Shown: one piece after another, positions 28,401-41,053 of the stretch
Layout: every line of letters begins with the position of its first letter
Position numbering within the stretch: position 1 is the stretch's first letter
NCBI RefSeq assembly: GCF_000497125.1
Contig: NC_090604.1
Coordinates: forward strand, 124,001-188,000
DNA: 64,000 nt
Source: Spironucleus salmonicida
Taxonomy: Eukaryota
Reading direction: 5' to 3'
Program-made: the position numbers and the translations under genes
The notes under the pieces: generated by a model
Seen by the model: the letters and a program-made list of their open reading frames with translations, nothing else
Database searches by the model: none
Told to the model about the DNA's origin: nothing

Positions 28401-30907
28401 AGATTTTGTCTCTGTTTGCTCTCCTCAAGTAGTTAGTTGTGTCATGCCCAGACTTCGGAGATTAGGCGCTATTCTAAAGGATAGAGCAGGTGCATTTAGG
28501 AGTTTCCTAGTAAAATAATGACGTTAAAAATATCGAAAAGATGGCAGACGAAATATCGAAGGTTGAAAATGGACAAGTAAGTTCATAAAGCAAAGACACA
28601 ATCGCGCTGATAGATTACATTGTGGGGTACATTCGTAAATTTGTAGATGACAACAAGCAGCTTTTATCAGAGGACGTCAAAGCCGTGGTTGAAAGCTAGG
28701 CTTCCAAGGACATTCTCAATCGAGACGAATCGAAAGCGTGGGGAAAACAGAAGATTTTGTCTCTGTTTGCTCTCCTCAAGTAGTTAGTTGTGTCATGCCC
28801 AGACTTCGGAGATTAGGCGCTATTCTAAAGGATAGAGCAGGTGCATTTAGGAGTTTCCTAGTAAAATAATGACGTTAAAAATATCGAAAAGATGGCAGAC
28901 GAAATATCGAAGGTTGAAAATGGACAAGTAAGTTCATAAAGCAAAGACACAATCGCGCTGATAGATTACATTGTGGGGTACATTCGTAAATTTGTAGATG
29001 ACAACAAGCAGCTTTTATCAGAGGACGTCAAAGCCGTGGTTGAAAGCTAGGCTTCCAAGGACATTCTCGATCGAGATGAGTCGGAACCGTGGGGAAAACA
29101 GAAAATTTTGTCTATATTTGCTCTTCTTGTGCAACTAGTTGTGTTCTATCCAGATTTATAGAAATTTATAGAATTATATATTCAAGCATTATCGAATAAG
29201 TCTGAGTAAAAGTATGTTTTATAGAGTAATAACAATCTTTTATTACTAGTAGACGAAGTTTTGCATTAATAAAATATAAGACGAGAAAAAAATCAAACTA
29301 ATATTTTAAATAAGTATGAACAATATCTTAGATTAGATAATCCTTTGGATTATTTGTTGTTATTAGTTTAAAATTCACCATCAATAACACATTAAAGAGA
29401 TTTAGAAAGTATCAAGAGTCACTATACTAATTTGATTACTGAGAATGGTAAGTTTCATGGGTTATTCTTATTCATATAGGAACTATATAATTTAAGATCC
29501 ATAGAGTCTATATTTTGGAGAAACATCACTCATTATTTATAGAATAATCGAAATGGCCAAACAGACTAAATTCTGATTACAAATCAATGTATATATTCTG
29601 GAACTGATATGTCCTTATTCAATTTTATAAAAGTTAATAAGATTTAGTAACATTTTTATTCTAGCGGAACCTCTTTAGAATATTAACATGGCAGAATTAT
29701 TGGGTTACCATATCCTCATGTTACATTATGCAAATAGTTAAATACTAACTAGGAAATAATTATTGCACTAGCTACGGATGAGTTTTTATAAAGTTATTGT
29801 AGATCATTAGCATAAATTAATTATACTGATTACTATAATATTTAATGTCCTGAAAATTCGTTACTAAAATAACTTTATTTACCACTTATATCGCCATAAT
29901 TATGGTTATGTCCAAATAAAAGAGAATAATCTGTGCAGTTATCTTTCAATTCTTTGACTAAACTAAAAATTAACAATCAATATTCATATTTTATAAATAA
30001 ATAAAGTTGCTTTAATAAATATTTTGAAATTAAAAAAGTTAAAACAGCAATCTAATATCATATCAATCTTGAGGAATAGGTGAAATCGACTTTATTAACT
30101 ACTTCTTCTGGGTATATTAATTTAAAATATATTGCAGTGTTTTATTATTTAGTATAACAGCAGTTCGATGAGTTAATTATTAATATCGATATTTTGAGTA
30201 TAAAATAATTATTAGTTTAATAGAAGCTTCAATATTTGACAGAAATTAATGCTTTATTATTATTCTTGTATACAATTGTTAAAAATGAAAATGTTTTGTC
30301 TAAATTTAAATTGATCTTATAAGAATAAAAATTGTGTTCAATGTATTTTAGTATTGTCGGTAGCTTTATTTCATAGAGAGAATCAATGGATTTACTAAAA
30401 GAGGTATGCTAAGGCTCTAACTTTATATTATTACAATAACCTTTTGACGATTTTATTTATGAAAATACTAGTTTCAGTTAATTTTAATAAAATATTCGAG
30501 CTTATGGTGTTAATTATTCGAAACTAGTTTTTGAATCACTAAAGCAAACAAAATAGATAAAAACCTTAATTTGCGCTATCTCTATTGATAAATAGAAGTT
30601 TTTTTCTAAATTTTTAAAGATTGACTAAAAACACCCTGACTTTTTAGTTACTTTTCATGGGTTTGAGGGTCTAGAATAAATAATGAATGTTTAAGATGGA
30701 GTTTATTATGTTTCATATGATTCTGGTAATCATAGCTACGTTGGTTTACATGAAAAAACTAAAAACATTTCTAGGTCTATTATTTAAGTAGGACCAAATT
30801 AATCAGATGTTTTGTTGAATTTTTCAGAAATTAAATTCAATTAGTAATTATTGGTTAAATAAGTAGAGGAACTAAATTAATTTTTGAATAGTCTTAATCA
30901 AAAGTGA
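22460..30907 (+). CDS. Giant hypothetical protein (~2815 aa) with 117-aa tandem repeats
   Basis: Frame 2 had no TGA in every segment I translated from ATG 22460 to AAG TGA at 30905-30907 (spot-checked, not every codon). Repeat spacings of 351, 480 and 3090 nt all preserve frame. Confidence 0.8.
24225..26487 (+). repeat. Intragenic 351-bp tandem repeat, block 1
   Basis: CAAAGACACAATCGCGCTG recurs at 24448, 24799, 25279, 25630, 25981 and 26332. One unit is interrupted by unique sequence at about 24890-25098. Confidence 0.95.
27315..29130 (+). repeat. Intragenic 351-bp tandem repeat, block 2
   Basis: Same anchor at 27538, 27889, 28240, 28591 and 28942. The leader 27315-27537 duplicates 24225-24447 (offset 3090). 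Confidence 0.95.
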
Positions 30908-31136
30908 CGATAAATATCTCATTTATATATTATATTTTTATAATATATAATAATTGCTATAATACTTACTGTTATGTAAAATAATTGGTTTACTCTATAT
31001 TCAAAAATTTTGTAATTTTAAGCTCAAAATTTATTTTCCTCTGCAAAGTGTTACTTATTAATAATAAGCTTCGCTAAATTGATACAAGTAGCTTACTATC
31101 GCTCTAATTTCTAATGTTTATAGGGACAATATATTC

Positions 31137-31310
31137 ACACGAAAGCCTCAAGCGTCTAGACCCTATCCGTGAGGGTGAAGAGTAGCACCTTCTATATGGC
31201 CATGCACCTCATGAAGTTCCTTAACTGGGGAGTATTCAGGAGCCGTCTATCCGCACTACAATCATAGGCCTAGGACGGGAGCCCTAACTTAAGGTACTGG
31301 AAGCTCGTGT
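31137..31310 (+). ncRNA. Candidate structured non-coding RNA (~175 nt)
   Basis: GC-richer island in AT-rich intergenic DNA with nested complementarity: ACACGA/TCGTGT, GCCTCAAG/CTTAAGGT, CGTCTAG/CTAGGACG, CCTAT/ATAGG, GAGGGTG/CACCTTC. Family not recognised. Confidence 0.3.
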
Positions 31311-31793
31311 TACTAAAATTTAACATTTGCGAGAAGATGGCGTGTAGTAAATAAAATTGCGATATATAACTCTGATATGAAAAAATATTTACTTAACAAA
31401 TAGATATATATATAATAGAGTAACGATAATTTGTTTTAGACAATTGAATACAACGAAATATTATATTTCAATTACTATATAAATTCTATAATGACTAATC
31501 GTAAAAATTAAACAATGCATATTGTGACTGGCAGTTGGTGAGGTTGGCTGGGCTACAAAAATTAGCATACAGTGTGTTTTAAATACAATATTGTTATTAT
31601 ATACATATTTAAACTAGTGGATTAATAGTTTGCCAAGTTCATATGATGGTTTTTATCAATAGCTAATAAATATAATAGTTAGGAATATACATTTCCAAAT
31701 AATAAAAAGAAAAATTCCTAATTTCAGTCATTCTTAAGATTACGAAGGATGATGCGTACTATGTCTATTATTTAGATCGAAAAGTTTATGACA

Positions 31794-31973
31794 TCATTTT
31801 TTAAACCGTAACTTAGGTAAGTCTTCTGTGCTGACCGCACCAACTAATTAATCTGTTAGCTCCACTGAAAACATATCAATTTCTATTAAATCTGATAATA
31901 TTTTCTCTTAACGCGGAACCATTTCACTCTCTTAACTATCTGACATGTAAGGTTGAGAAGATCCGCAACCCAT
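31794..31973 (-). CDS. Small protein (59 aa) with N-terminal MGCGSS dual-acylation motif
   Basis: ATG 31973 gives MGCGSSQPYMSDSQESEMVPRQEKILSDLIEIDMFSVELTDQLVGAVSTEDLPKLRFKK then TGA. Confidence 0.6.
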
Positions 31974-32261
31974 TTAAGCCAAAAAATATATAATATATAT
32001 TTATATATTATATATTAGTTTTTACATGTCTTCGAAGTCCAACTTTGTAGGGTTATAGATTAATTATTCACTTATCTTCTGAAGATAAATCTAAAAATAG
32101 TAACGGTAAAATTATGTAATGATCCATATTTCTAAGAAGTACTTACGTATAGTCAACTTTCAATCACTTTACAATGAACGATGTTTCATGATCAAATCTA
32201 ATTTTATAATTTTTATCCTATACCGTGCCAAATTAATAATAATTATATTTAATATATAAAA

Positions 32262-32585
32262 ATGCCGCTAATTTCAAAGGATTATATACTGCTAAAGCGT
32301 CGGTAACAGTCCAAAAGTAATTAGTAAAATGTCTCACATAATCTAATTTTACTACCATATATCCCATAGCCTATATTAAAATAAAAGATTTAAAAAAGTG
32401 AATCGCGGCTTGAAATGCTGGCTGTCCCTGTGGACCACCCTATTTTTTTGTTATTAAAAGATATGAAAATTACTCTTCGAAAAATGAGGTATTCAGTGGA
32501 TAACTTTCTCAATATGTTAGAGGATATTGAATCAGCCCTAGAAGAACGCGTAATGGAAAGCGAATTTATGAAGGGTTGGCAGTGA
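32262..32585 (+). CDS. Hypothetical protein (107 aa)
   Basis: AT-rich leader, ATG 32262, open in the TAR=Gln code to CAG TGA. Convergent with the ZIP gene. Confidence 0.55.
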
Positions 32586-32600
32586 TATTAATAAAGCAAT

Positions 32601-33515
32601 TCACTACTTAGTTATGGCCTCAACAATACTTCCAATACTAACTATCGAAAATCCGCCACATACTGCTAAAATACGTTTCAAAACCTCATATTTGTTCTTA
32701 TTCAAAAGTTCTTCAGCAAATATTTCCATGAAAATAATAGCTATAAAAGTTCCGCAAGCAAATGATAGGAAGAAGTCTTATAAAATTAAAAGCCAAAGTG
32801 CAACTTCCTACTTCTGAGTTGTAAGAACCGTAAGAAAGCCAGCAATTTATGCTAATGGTGATGCTAATGAAAGGGGAATGATAAATAATATATTCTGTTT
32901 CATCGATATACCCTATCGCATTCCTGTGATTACCTAACAAGTGGATTCACACCACTTATGGAGAATTATCGCTATTGATAAGAAGAGTGCGGGAGTAAAT
33001 TCTGTCATTAAGCCCAACATCAACCCTTCAGATATATCATGTACCAATAGACCTGTTAAAAGCATCCATATAGATGGGGATACTTTTTTGTGCTTTTAAG
33101 GTTTCTTAATAGAACTGTCTAAAAGACCTAAAGACTCTTGAGAGCCATCTCCAGTTTCAATATTAATTGCTTGCATCTGAATATCGCTATGATGATGTAC
33201 CTAGTCACCTTCATGATGATTATGGCCAATTGATATCATTAAGGTCATTAACATCATTCCGATAAAAATTATTAAGTAAGAGATAGGAAAATCATTAACA
33301 AGAGGATTTAATGCAGCTCCAGAAGCAGGAACTAAGTCTAATAAAGCTACTCCTGCCAGAACTCCACCTGAAGCAGCATTAAGGTAGGACATTGCCATAT
33401 CCAATTTAGGGTGATTAATAAAGAAATAAGGTAAAGCACCTCCACAAACTGACATAAATAAAATGATGACAGAAGTAACAGGCTATAATATTTTCAGTTA
33501 GGCTAGGTCTAGCAT
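32601..33515 (-). CDS. ZIP family zinc/iron permease (304 aa)
   Basis: NAASGGVLAGVALLDLVP, His-rich loop HNHHEGDQVHHH, HDISEGLMLG, HKWCES. Ends TAG TGA. Confidence 0.9.
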
Positions 33516-33856
33516 TTGTGAAACGGATTGAGAATATAAATCTAAATAATATATAATATTGGTTACCAATGTATTGTATAATTTTATTCAAAGAATTATT
33601 TAGAGTCAATATATAATATTATACTTCTTCCATTACAAATATGAAGTTTTTATTATTTGTAAACGGGTAATGCTGATTTTAATTATTATATTATTATATT
33701 AATAATTATGAATTATTTATCTTTTGTAGAAATTTCTATAATCTAACATTATATAACATATAATAAAGTAATAATTCTCTGCTCAAATTTTTATTTATAT
33801 TCTTTAAAACAAATTATTATATATAAATATACTAAAATTTAACCACTCCTTTAATA

Positions 33857-36800
33857 ATGTAATCCCTATATCTAGACAATATTATCTAATATCGATTCTC
33901 TAATAAGTTTAGACTTATTAACCCTAATCCATACAGATTATAAGTAAATTTAGATACTTCTTCTATGCACAAATTCTTTGATATGCATCCATGTTCAGGA
34001 TAAATTATTGAAATACCAGATAATGATACGTTATATATTTAAACCAATATAAAGCGTTACGTATATCCGTATAAGCGTAAAATTATATCAGAAAATATTT
34101 AAATGTAGCACTTTCAGTTATTTTACAAGTAAATGTATTTTGAACCTTTGACGTTTAATTTTCCTGCACTTAATCCCGAAGTTAGCCCAAAAGATATCAG
34201 GATTATTAGTCTTATTAACGAAATAAAAGATCATTAATTTAATACACTAGTCAAATAATAGTATCAGCTTGTATTAGATGATAAAGTATCATTCCGCCTT
34301 TTTATTAATTTTTTCATTTAATAACTTGCCAAAATTTAGTCTCCTTAAAATTTTACATTTGGGCGCCCTAATTCAGCAAGTGTCGTATAAGCTTTATTCT
34401 CCATTGTTGCTAAATAAATTCCGCATGTATAAGGTGGGAAAGTATTTTAGCCTATTAATTGTTATGAAGTTCTTAATAATGTAAATATTCTCTAACTTAA
34501 TTAATTCATACCTGAAACCATTAACCTGGTTAGAATGTCCTGTTTTTGGTCTAGTATTAAAACTTTAGCAGAAGACTACTTGATCAAAAAAAGTAGGTAA
34601 TATGTTGGGAAATAGCTATTTGTGATAAAGTAAGATCAGCTAAAAAATAAAGAATATACTAGTTACAACACTGAAGAATTACCATTTTATGTAGAGGAAG
34701 ATATTGAATTTCATGTTATGAAAAATATGATTTCTTAAGGTATAGTACCAACTTAGAATAATATGTTTATTTTACTTAAAAATGGTTACAAAATATAAGA
34801 CTTAGATACTGCTATAGCGCTTAATGCCATCGAATTTGAAGGGTAAAATACTGAATTTATCCTTACTCCATAAATGTAAAATCAAATAAACTAAACTGTT
34901 GTAGGAAGAGTAGTTTTTATTTAAAGGTATATTAAGCTTAAAATTGCTTCTAAAAATCCTAAAAAACCTTGTTCAAAAACGACTGATATTCTGTTTAAAC
35001 AAGAAATTAATTCAAACAATTCTTGCTAATAATATAAAATAAATCAATTCAATACTTAATTTCGAGATTTTGACGATACTCCGGAGGAAACTAACGAAAA
35101 TTAAGCTGATTAAGCAATCAATGACGATATTTCCCAGCTCACAAATGACATTATTGAAGACGAGGATGAGCTAGATCTCATCCGAAATCAAAATAATGCT
35201 TCTTAGGACTCAGTATCTACAACCAGTATAAGCAACATCATTAACAACCAGTCGTCATCCGACGAATAGTAGGAAATTTTCAACCAAAACAGCGTCGTTT
35301 CGCCGATCAACGATGAAATAAGTCAAATTGTAAATAACCAAGATGAAGATATTAACAGCTCATATAATAACTACTTTAACCAGAATCTCAAAACTTCAAA
35401 TTACTCCCAAAAAACTCAGAATTCAGCATCATACCAAAGCGCTTATTCGAGCTATTTTTACGACAATTAATCGTCTCAGCAGCAGCCGTCGGCTCCCGCT
35501 ACCGAGCTCGCTGCCTCGGCTTTTTTCGCCACAAAACGCGCAAAATCTGTCACGTTTGCAGACGAAAAAACCGACCAAATCAGCGTTAGCCAGCTCCTGG
35601 AATCCGCCGGAAACTTGAAACTCAGCGGTGTTTCGGGCGAAAACGCGAATTCTGGCCGTTTGGAGCTCGAAAATTTGGTGCGAAAAATCGAGAATTTCGA
35701 TTTTAGCAGTGAGGAAAATAGTGAGTAATTTGGTGAAGAAAATTCTGTGAGTATTAGAACTGATATAACAAAAAGTGAAATTGACGAAATGAGCGAAATT
35801 TTGAATCGCTAAAACGGAAGTTGGGAGGACGGAGAATAAGGGGTTAATTAGGCGGAGAAAGTCAGTAATTACGTGGAAGCGAGCGACGAAATTTCGGATG
35901 TTCTGAATAGGGTGTTAGGAGGTGAGGATGAAGAAATTAACACAATTTATTAAAATAACAACATTGACCAAAATGACGAATTCAGCGAAATTTTAAATAA
36001 GCAAAACTCCGATAACGACGTTTAAAACGCAGAAATTTCTGAGCTGATGAACAAAATTTAGAGATTCGAATCTTCCAGTTTTGAAAATGACGAACTCAGC
36101 TAGCTGCTTAATAAGCAACAAGAAGCCAGCGATGAGGATTTTGAGAATAGCGCTAATTTGCGACATGGCGAGCTTGAAAATGGTGAGTTAATAAGCAAAA
36201 TTCACAGCCCTGGTTCGCAAAATGGAAAGGTTGAAATTGATGAAAATAATGAAATTTCCGAACTAATAAACAGAATTCACAGCTCTAATTCGAATCCTTC
36301 GAATCCAGACCTCTCTGGGTCAATTATTCACTAGGAAAATGACAATTTAGCACTAAAAGTAAATATTATATCTGAAACGGTCGATATCTACGCCCCTGAG
36401 GTCGTGCTGTCGCAAAATAACGGCAATGGTCGCTAACTAGGCAGTGAGAATGAGCAAAATCTGCAGATTAATCCGAATTTTGGAGTCGAAAAATGCGATT
36501 TTCCAGCGTCAATTGCAGGGGAAATTGAAGAAACTAGCAGCAAAACTGATATCTCGAACAAAAAATTCGTGAAGTAAATCGTGAAAATACAGTAAAAAAC
36601 ACGCGAATTTTTGAAAAACCAGCTTCTGAAAAACGGTCCGTATCAGGCAGAGCTTATAAGCATAGCCACAACGATTATTTAGGCCAACTTCAGGGGTGCA
36701 AATATAAGAAAAACTGTTAAATTCGCGAAATCTCATAATTTATTATATCTTAGTATATAATAATCGCTTAAATCAATTTAAACTGTAGAAAAATTTTACC

Positions 36801-38116
36801 AAAAAATCCTTTTGGTCAAATCAATTATTATACGTTAATATTACGAAAATTAAGGATTTTTAGTTAACAAAATATTGTCAAAAATTGATATCGAGCCTCT
36901 ATTATAATTCATCAATGTATATTCGCCTAAAACTCAACTTTTTACTCTGTAACTTGTTTCCTATTTCGAATCGTAAGTAACTAAAATACAAAATAAATCC
37001 CATTCCTTTTTGGCAAAAAAATCGCGCAAAATTTGTGCCGAAAATTCAGATTTCGAGGTTTCGATTTTTGCGAATTTTTGGGCTCCTTCTAATTTTCCTC
37101 AAAAAGTACAAAAAGCACTCAAATCGGCACTTCTGATTCAGGCAGCTGGGCGGTATTTTCTGCATAAAACCTCTCTCTTGATTTCGAGCGATCTTGCATA
37201 TCTAGGCCTCCTGCCTTCAGGTGTTATTTTGGCGAAAAATGCGTTCCAAAATGCTGCTCAAACAATTTAGAGATTTTTCAGAATTACTAGCGATTTTTAG
37301 CTTAGAAAGATATAATAATCAGTATTATTGATTTAAAAATTCTACCGCGATTTTAACTTTGATATTAATATTATAAAATAGCATATAATGGCAAATTAAA
37401 AATATAAAGTGAAAAAATTAGAATAACAAAGGAAAGAACAACTAAATTTTATTATTATTATACAATAATAGATAAGAAATTTGTAAAGGAGTGGTGGAGT
37501 TTTTTTATATACTTGTAAATATTATACAAATAATTTAACTTTTCCACTCTGGAAAAGCTTCAAGACCATTCAAGCTATCTGCCGAATCCAATCGTCTTAC
37601 AAAACATTAACATTCCTACAATCTAACCAGAATTTGGCTCTCAAAACGCGATAAATCATGCACAGAATAGCATTTCTAAAATCACATCCCAGCGTCTCCT
37701 TAACGCTCCATTCCAAGCTGCTCATTCAGACCGAAAACCCGCAAAAGCATATCCGGAGTCTAAAGATCCTCCAAAAACTAAAAATTCCGTACCACGAAAA
37801 TCTCATTTCCGCTTTATTAAGTTGTTGCAAGTTTGATGCTTCGAGGAACTTGGCGATAACAATTTTGGGAGATATTTTGCCGTAGAATTTCGTAGAATTT
37901 ATCGAATTTGATAGTACTGGCATGGATATAATAAAGTATTGTTTGCTCGAAAAAACTGTAGAATCCGCTCGATTTTTGAAGAATTTGGCGAAATGTCAGC
38001 CGCTTGTTGGAGTGGTTTTCGTCCGGGAAGTGATATAATGGAGGAAAGTTGAGCAAGACGAGGAGGTGCGGAGGCTGCTCAAGGGTGTAGTCTGGTGGAG
38101 CGGTGAGAAGAAGTGA
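33857..38116 (+). CDS. Large IQ-motif-containing protein (~1419 aa) with acidic low-complexity middle; possibly ASPM-like
   Basis: Single frame-2 ORF in the TAR=Gln code. IIQANFRGANIRK at about 36674-36712, with further IQ-like motifs IQAAGRY, IQRFFR and IQKFYR. Ends AAG TGA. Confidence 0.7.
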
Positions 38117-39062
38117 GGCGTGTGAATTTGTGGAGTGAAAAATCTAATTTGAATTGGAATCTATGAAAAAATTGATACCTGCAGAAGGTTATGATAAAGT
38201 CTGAATAATGATTTTGGAGACTAAAAGCGTTTTGATGCTTTTTCGGCTTTAAATGGACAGTAAACCAACTGATATATTAAAAATTGGAATACTCGCAGCT
38301 GATTTGAAAGTTATAATGTGAAATTGGAATAATATTCTTTGTATCTCGCAGTAAAAACAGTACTGATTTCAAAATTATATATTTTCGTTATCTCTAAATG
38401 TAATCAATTTTAAACTCATATTGTACAAGATTTCCCACTCCAGTTAAACCCGCAGTGAGTAAAATTTAAATAGGAACTAGTGAAATCGTATAATAATCAT
38501 TTTGATTATCTGAAAACATTCGTTTCAAGAAACCGAATTTCGCATTCAAATTTCTGTACTTTTTGATCCAAGTAATGTTGGTTACTTAAATTTATCAGGG
38601 AATTTCCATAGTAACTGAAAATTTTAAGTTATAAAATAAATATTTTGAATAAAGCTAATATAGTGAAAAGGAATTTAAAATATAGTATAAAAGTAAATAA
38701 AGTGAGCAGCGTACAATATGTAGATGACGAAGCCAGTCAAAATAGCGGATTAAGGAATATTTGAATTAAATTGAATATTAAGTAATATTATGGTATTATA
38801 ATGAGTAATATAAAAAATTAATTTTGCATTAAAAATGGCGTTTCAAACCATTTGATAATGAAGTTTCAAGATAGATCATTATAATGCTTAATATTATACT
38901 CAGAATCTAAATATGGAGTAGAAAGACTAATCAGTTTTATCGTATATTTTAGTATCTTTGAAAGTCTGACTCTTTCAAATTCAATAAAATTATACTTCAT
39001 TTAAAGCTAAAACTATTTAGTGAACAAGAAGGTAGTATCCCAGAAATATAACAATAGATTCT

Positions 39063-40409
39063 TCACTCAGCAGTCATAACGCCAGAGCCGAACCTGACCT
39101 CGGAGCCCTTCTCGGCTTCGCTGCTCGCAGCGGGTGCAGAGCCGGTAAGGATCATCTGGATTTCCTCCTGGGTCTTGCCCTTCGTCTCAGGAGTGGTGAA
39201 GAGCAATACAGCGGTTGTGACTCCCATGACGATCAAGTAGGTAACGAAGGGAGACCATTTGGCAGCCTTGGTAAGGATGGGGAACAGAACGACAACGAAG
39301 ATGTTGGGGATGTAGTTGAAGCTGAGCAGGATTGAGGATAGGAGGGACTTGGCTTCAACGGGGAAGAGCTCGGAGGCGAAGACGAAGAAGATGGGACCGG
39401 GACCAACTTCGAATCCAATGATGAATATAACAGAAGCTGTAATGAGAAGGGCGGTGTTAGAGGTGGGGAGGATGTAGTTGATCATGAGAGCAACCTGTGC
39501 AGCGAAACAGACACCGACACCGCCGAAGAGGAGGATCTTGCGGCCGAGCTTCTCGATGAAGGCCAGGGCGCCGAGGGTGGCCACAAAGTTGACACCGTTG
39601 ATGATGATGGAGCCGAAGACAGAGGACAACGCATGTGTTTTGCCAGTTGAATCTTTGAAGGTGTCTTTGAAGGTCTCAGTGGCGTATACGATAACGGCAT
39701 TGATACCGGTGCACTGCTGGTTGAGGCCGAGCATGACAGAGAGGATGAGGACCTTGAAGTACTTCTTCTCCTTGAACAGGAGCATGGGAGAGATTTCCTT
39801 CTCCTCTCTGGGCTTGACGTCAGGTACAAAGAAGAGCAAGACAAAGCCCATGAGAGGCCAGATCAGGGTGACGATGAAGTTGATCCACCAGCCGTTATAA
39901 GTATCTTGATAAGTACGGATGGCAAGTAAGACTAAGGAGGCAACCAAGATCCCAAGGGTGACGTTGAATTGGAACATGACACCGAGGAGACCTCTCTTAC
40001 TGGCCTCAGCGTGCTCACCCACGATGATGATGCTGGGCTGCTAGAACAATACAACGAAGTAGCCGGCAAAAAGCCTCATAACCAGCCAGTAGTAGACATT
40101 GAAAGGGATGCAGAGGAGAACATTGAAGATGGCAGCACCAGCAGCACCGACTAAGCCAGTCTTCTTGTAGCCTAGCCAGCTGACAATAGGAGCGAAGGTG
40201 AGAGAAGCGAGTAGGAAGCCTACCAGGGAGGCGATAGAGAGATATGGTAGTAAAGTTTGCACGTCACCATCAGCGGCTGCAAAATTAGCTGAAGTACCAA
40301 TAGCCATATAGTAAAGTTTTATGATGTCAGAAGAAAAGTTTGCAATGGTGAAGCCGAGCGTCTCGGCGGCAAGCGATTGGATTGCAAATAGGATACCGAA
40401 TGACACCAT
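39063..40409 (-). CDS. Sugar porter family MFS transporter, copy 3 (448 aa)
   Basis: Intact paralog of 9202-10548, joined across TAG at 40041-40043. Confidence 0.93.
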
Positions 40410-41053
40410 TTATAGTGGAAAGAGCTCTCAATCTCGAAAACTCAAAATATCAGTATTATGCTGAAATTACAGTAACTTTATTATTTCTTTGCAAATTATA
40501 TAATATAATGTCAATATAACGATATTAGTGAATGTTAGTTACAATATTTAGAAAAATATTATCTTTACTTTGCGTATTTTTAGTTTATAATACTTTCACT
40601 TAATTTTTAGTAAACTTTAAAAAAATTAAATATAGTATAATAACCTTGAATTTTAAATAAAACATAGAAACTGATATACAACTTTCAACTAAGTTTAATT
40701 TAAAAATATTTATTTAGGATATTCTAATATAATAAATATTGGAATACTACGACTTTTGTTCTTTTAAAATTCCTGCAAATTGTAAAATGATATTTTTTAT
40801 ATTCTCTATTTGGTTTTATATTTTTCGAACTAAAGTATTTATTCCTACTTATAATTTTATGATACTGTTCAAGTTTTGATATTATTCTTAGTTAATATCA
40901 TTAGAATATCAGTTTTTGGATAATTTAACTTATATATTGCTAATATTAAGCAATTTTACCTTAAATTTATATTTTATTGAAAATATCTATTACCAGTTAT
41001 CGTCATTTCATTTAAAAACATAATTTATCAAAATGAGTATTGCACCGAAAACA

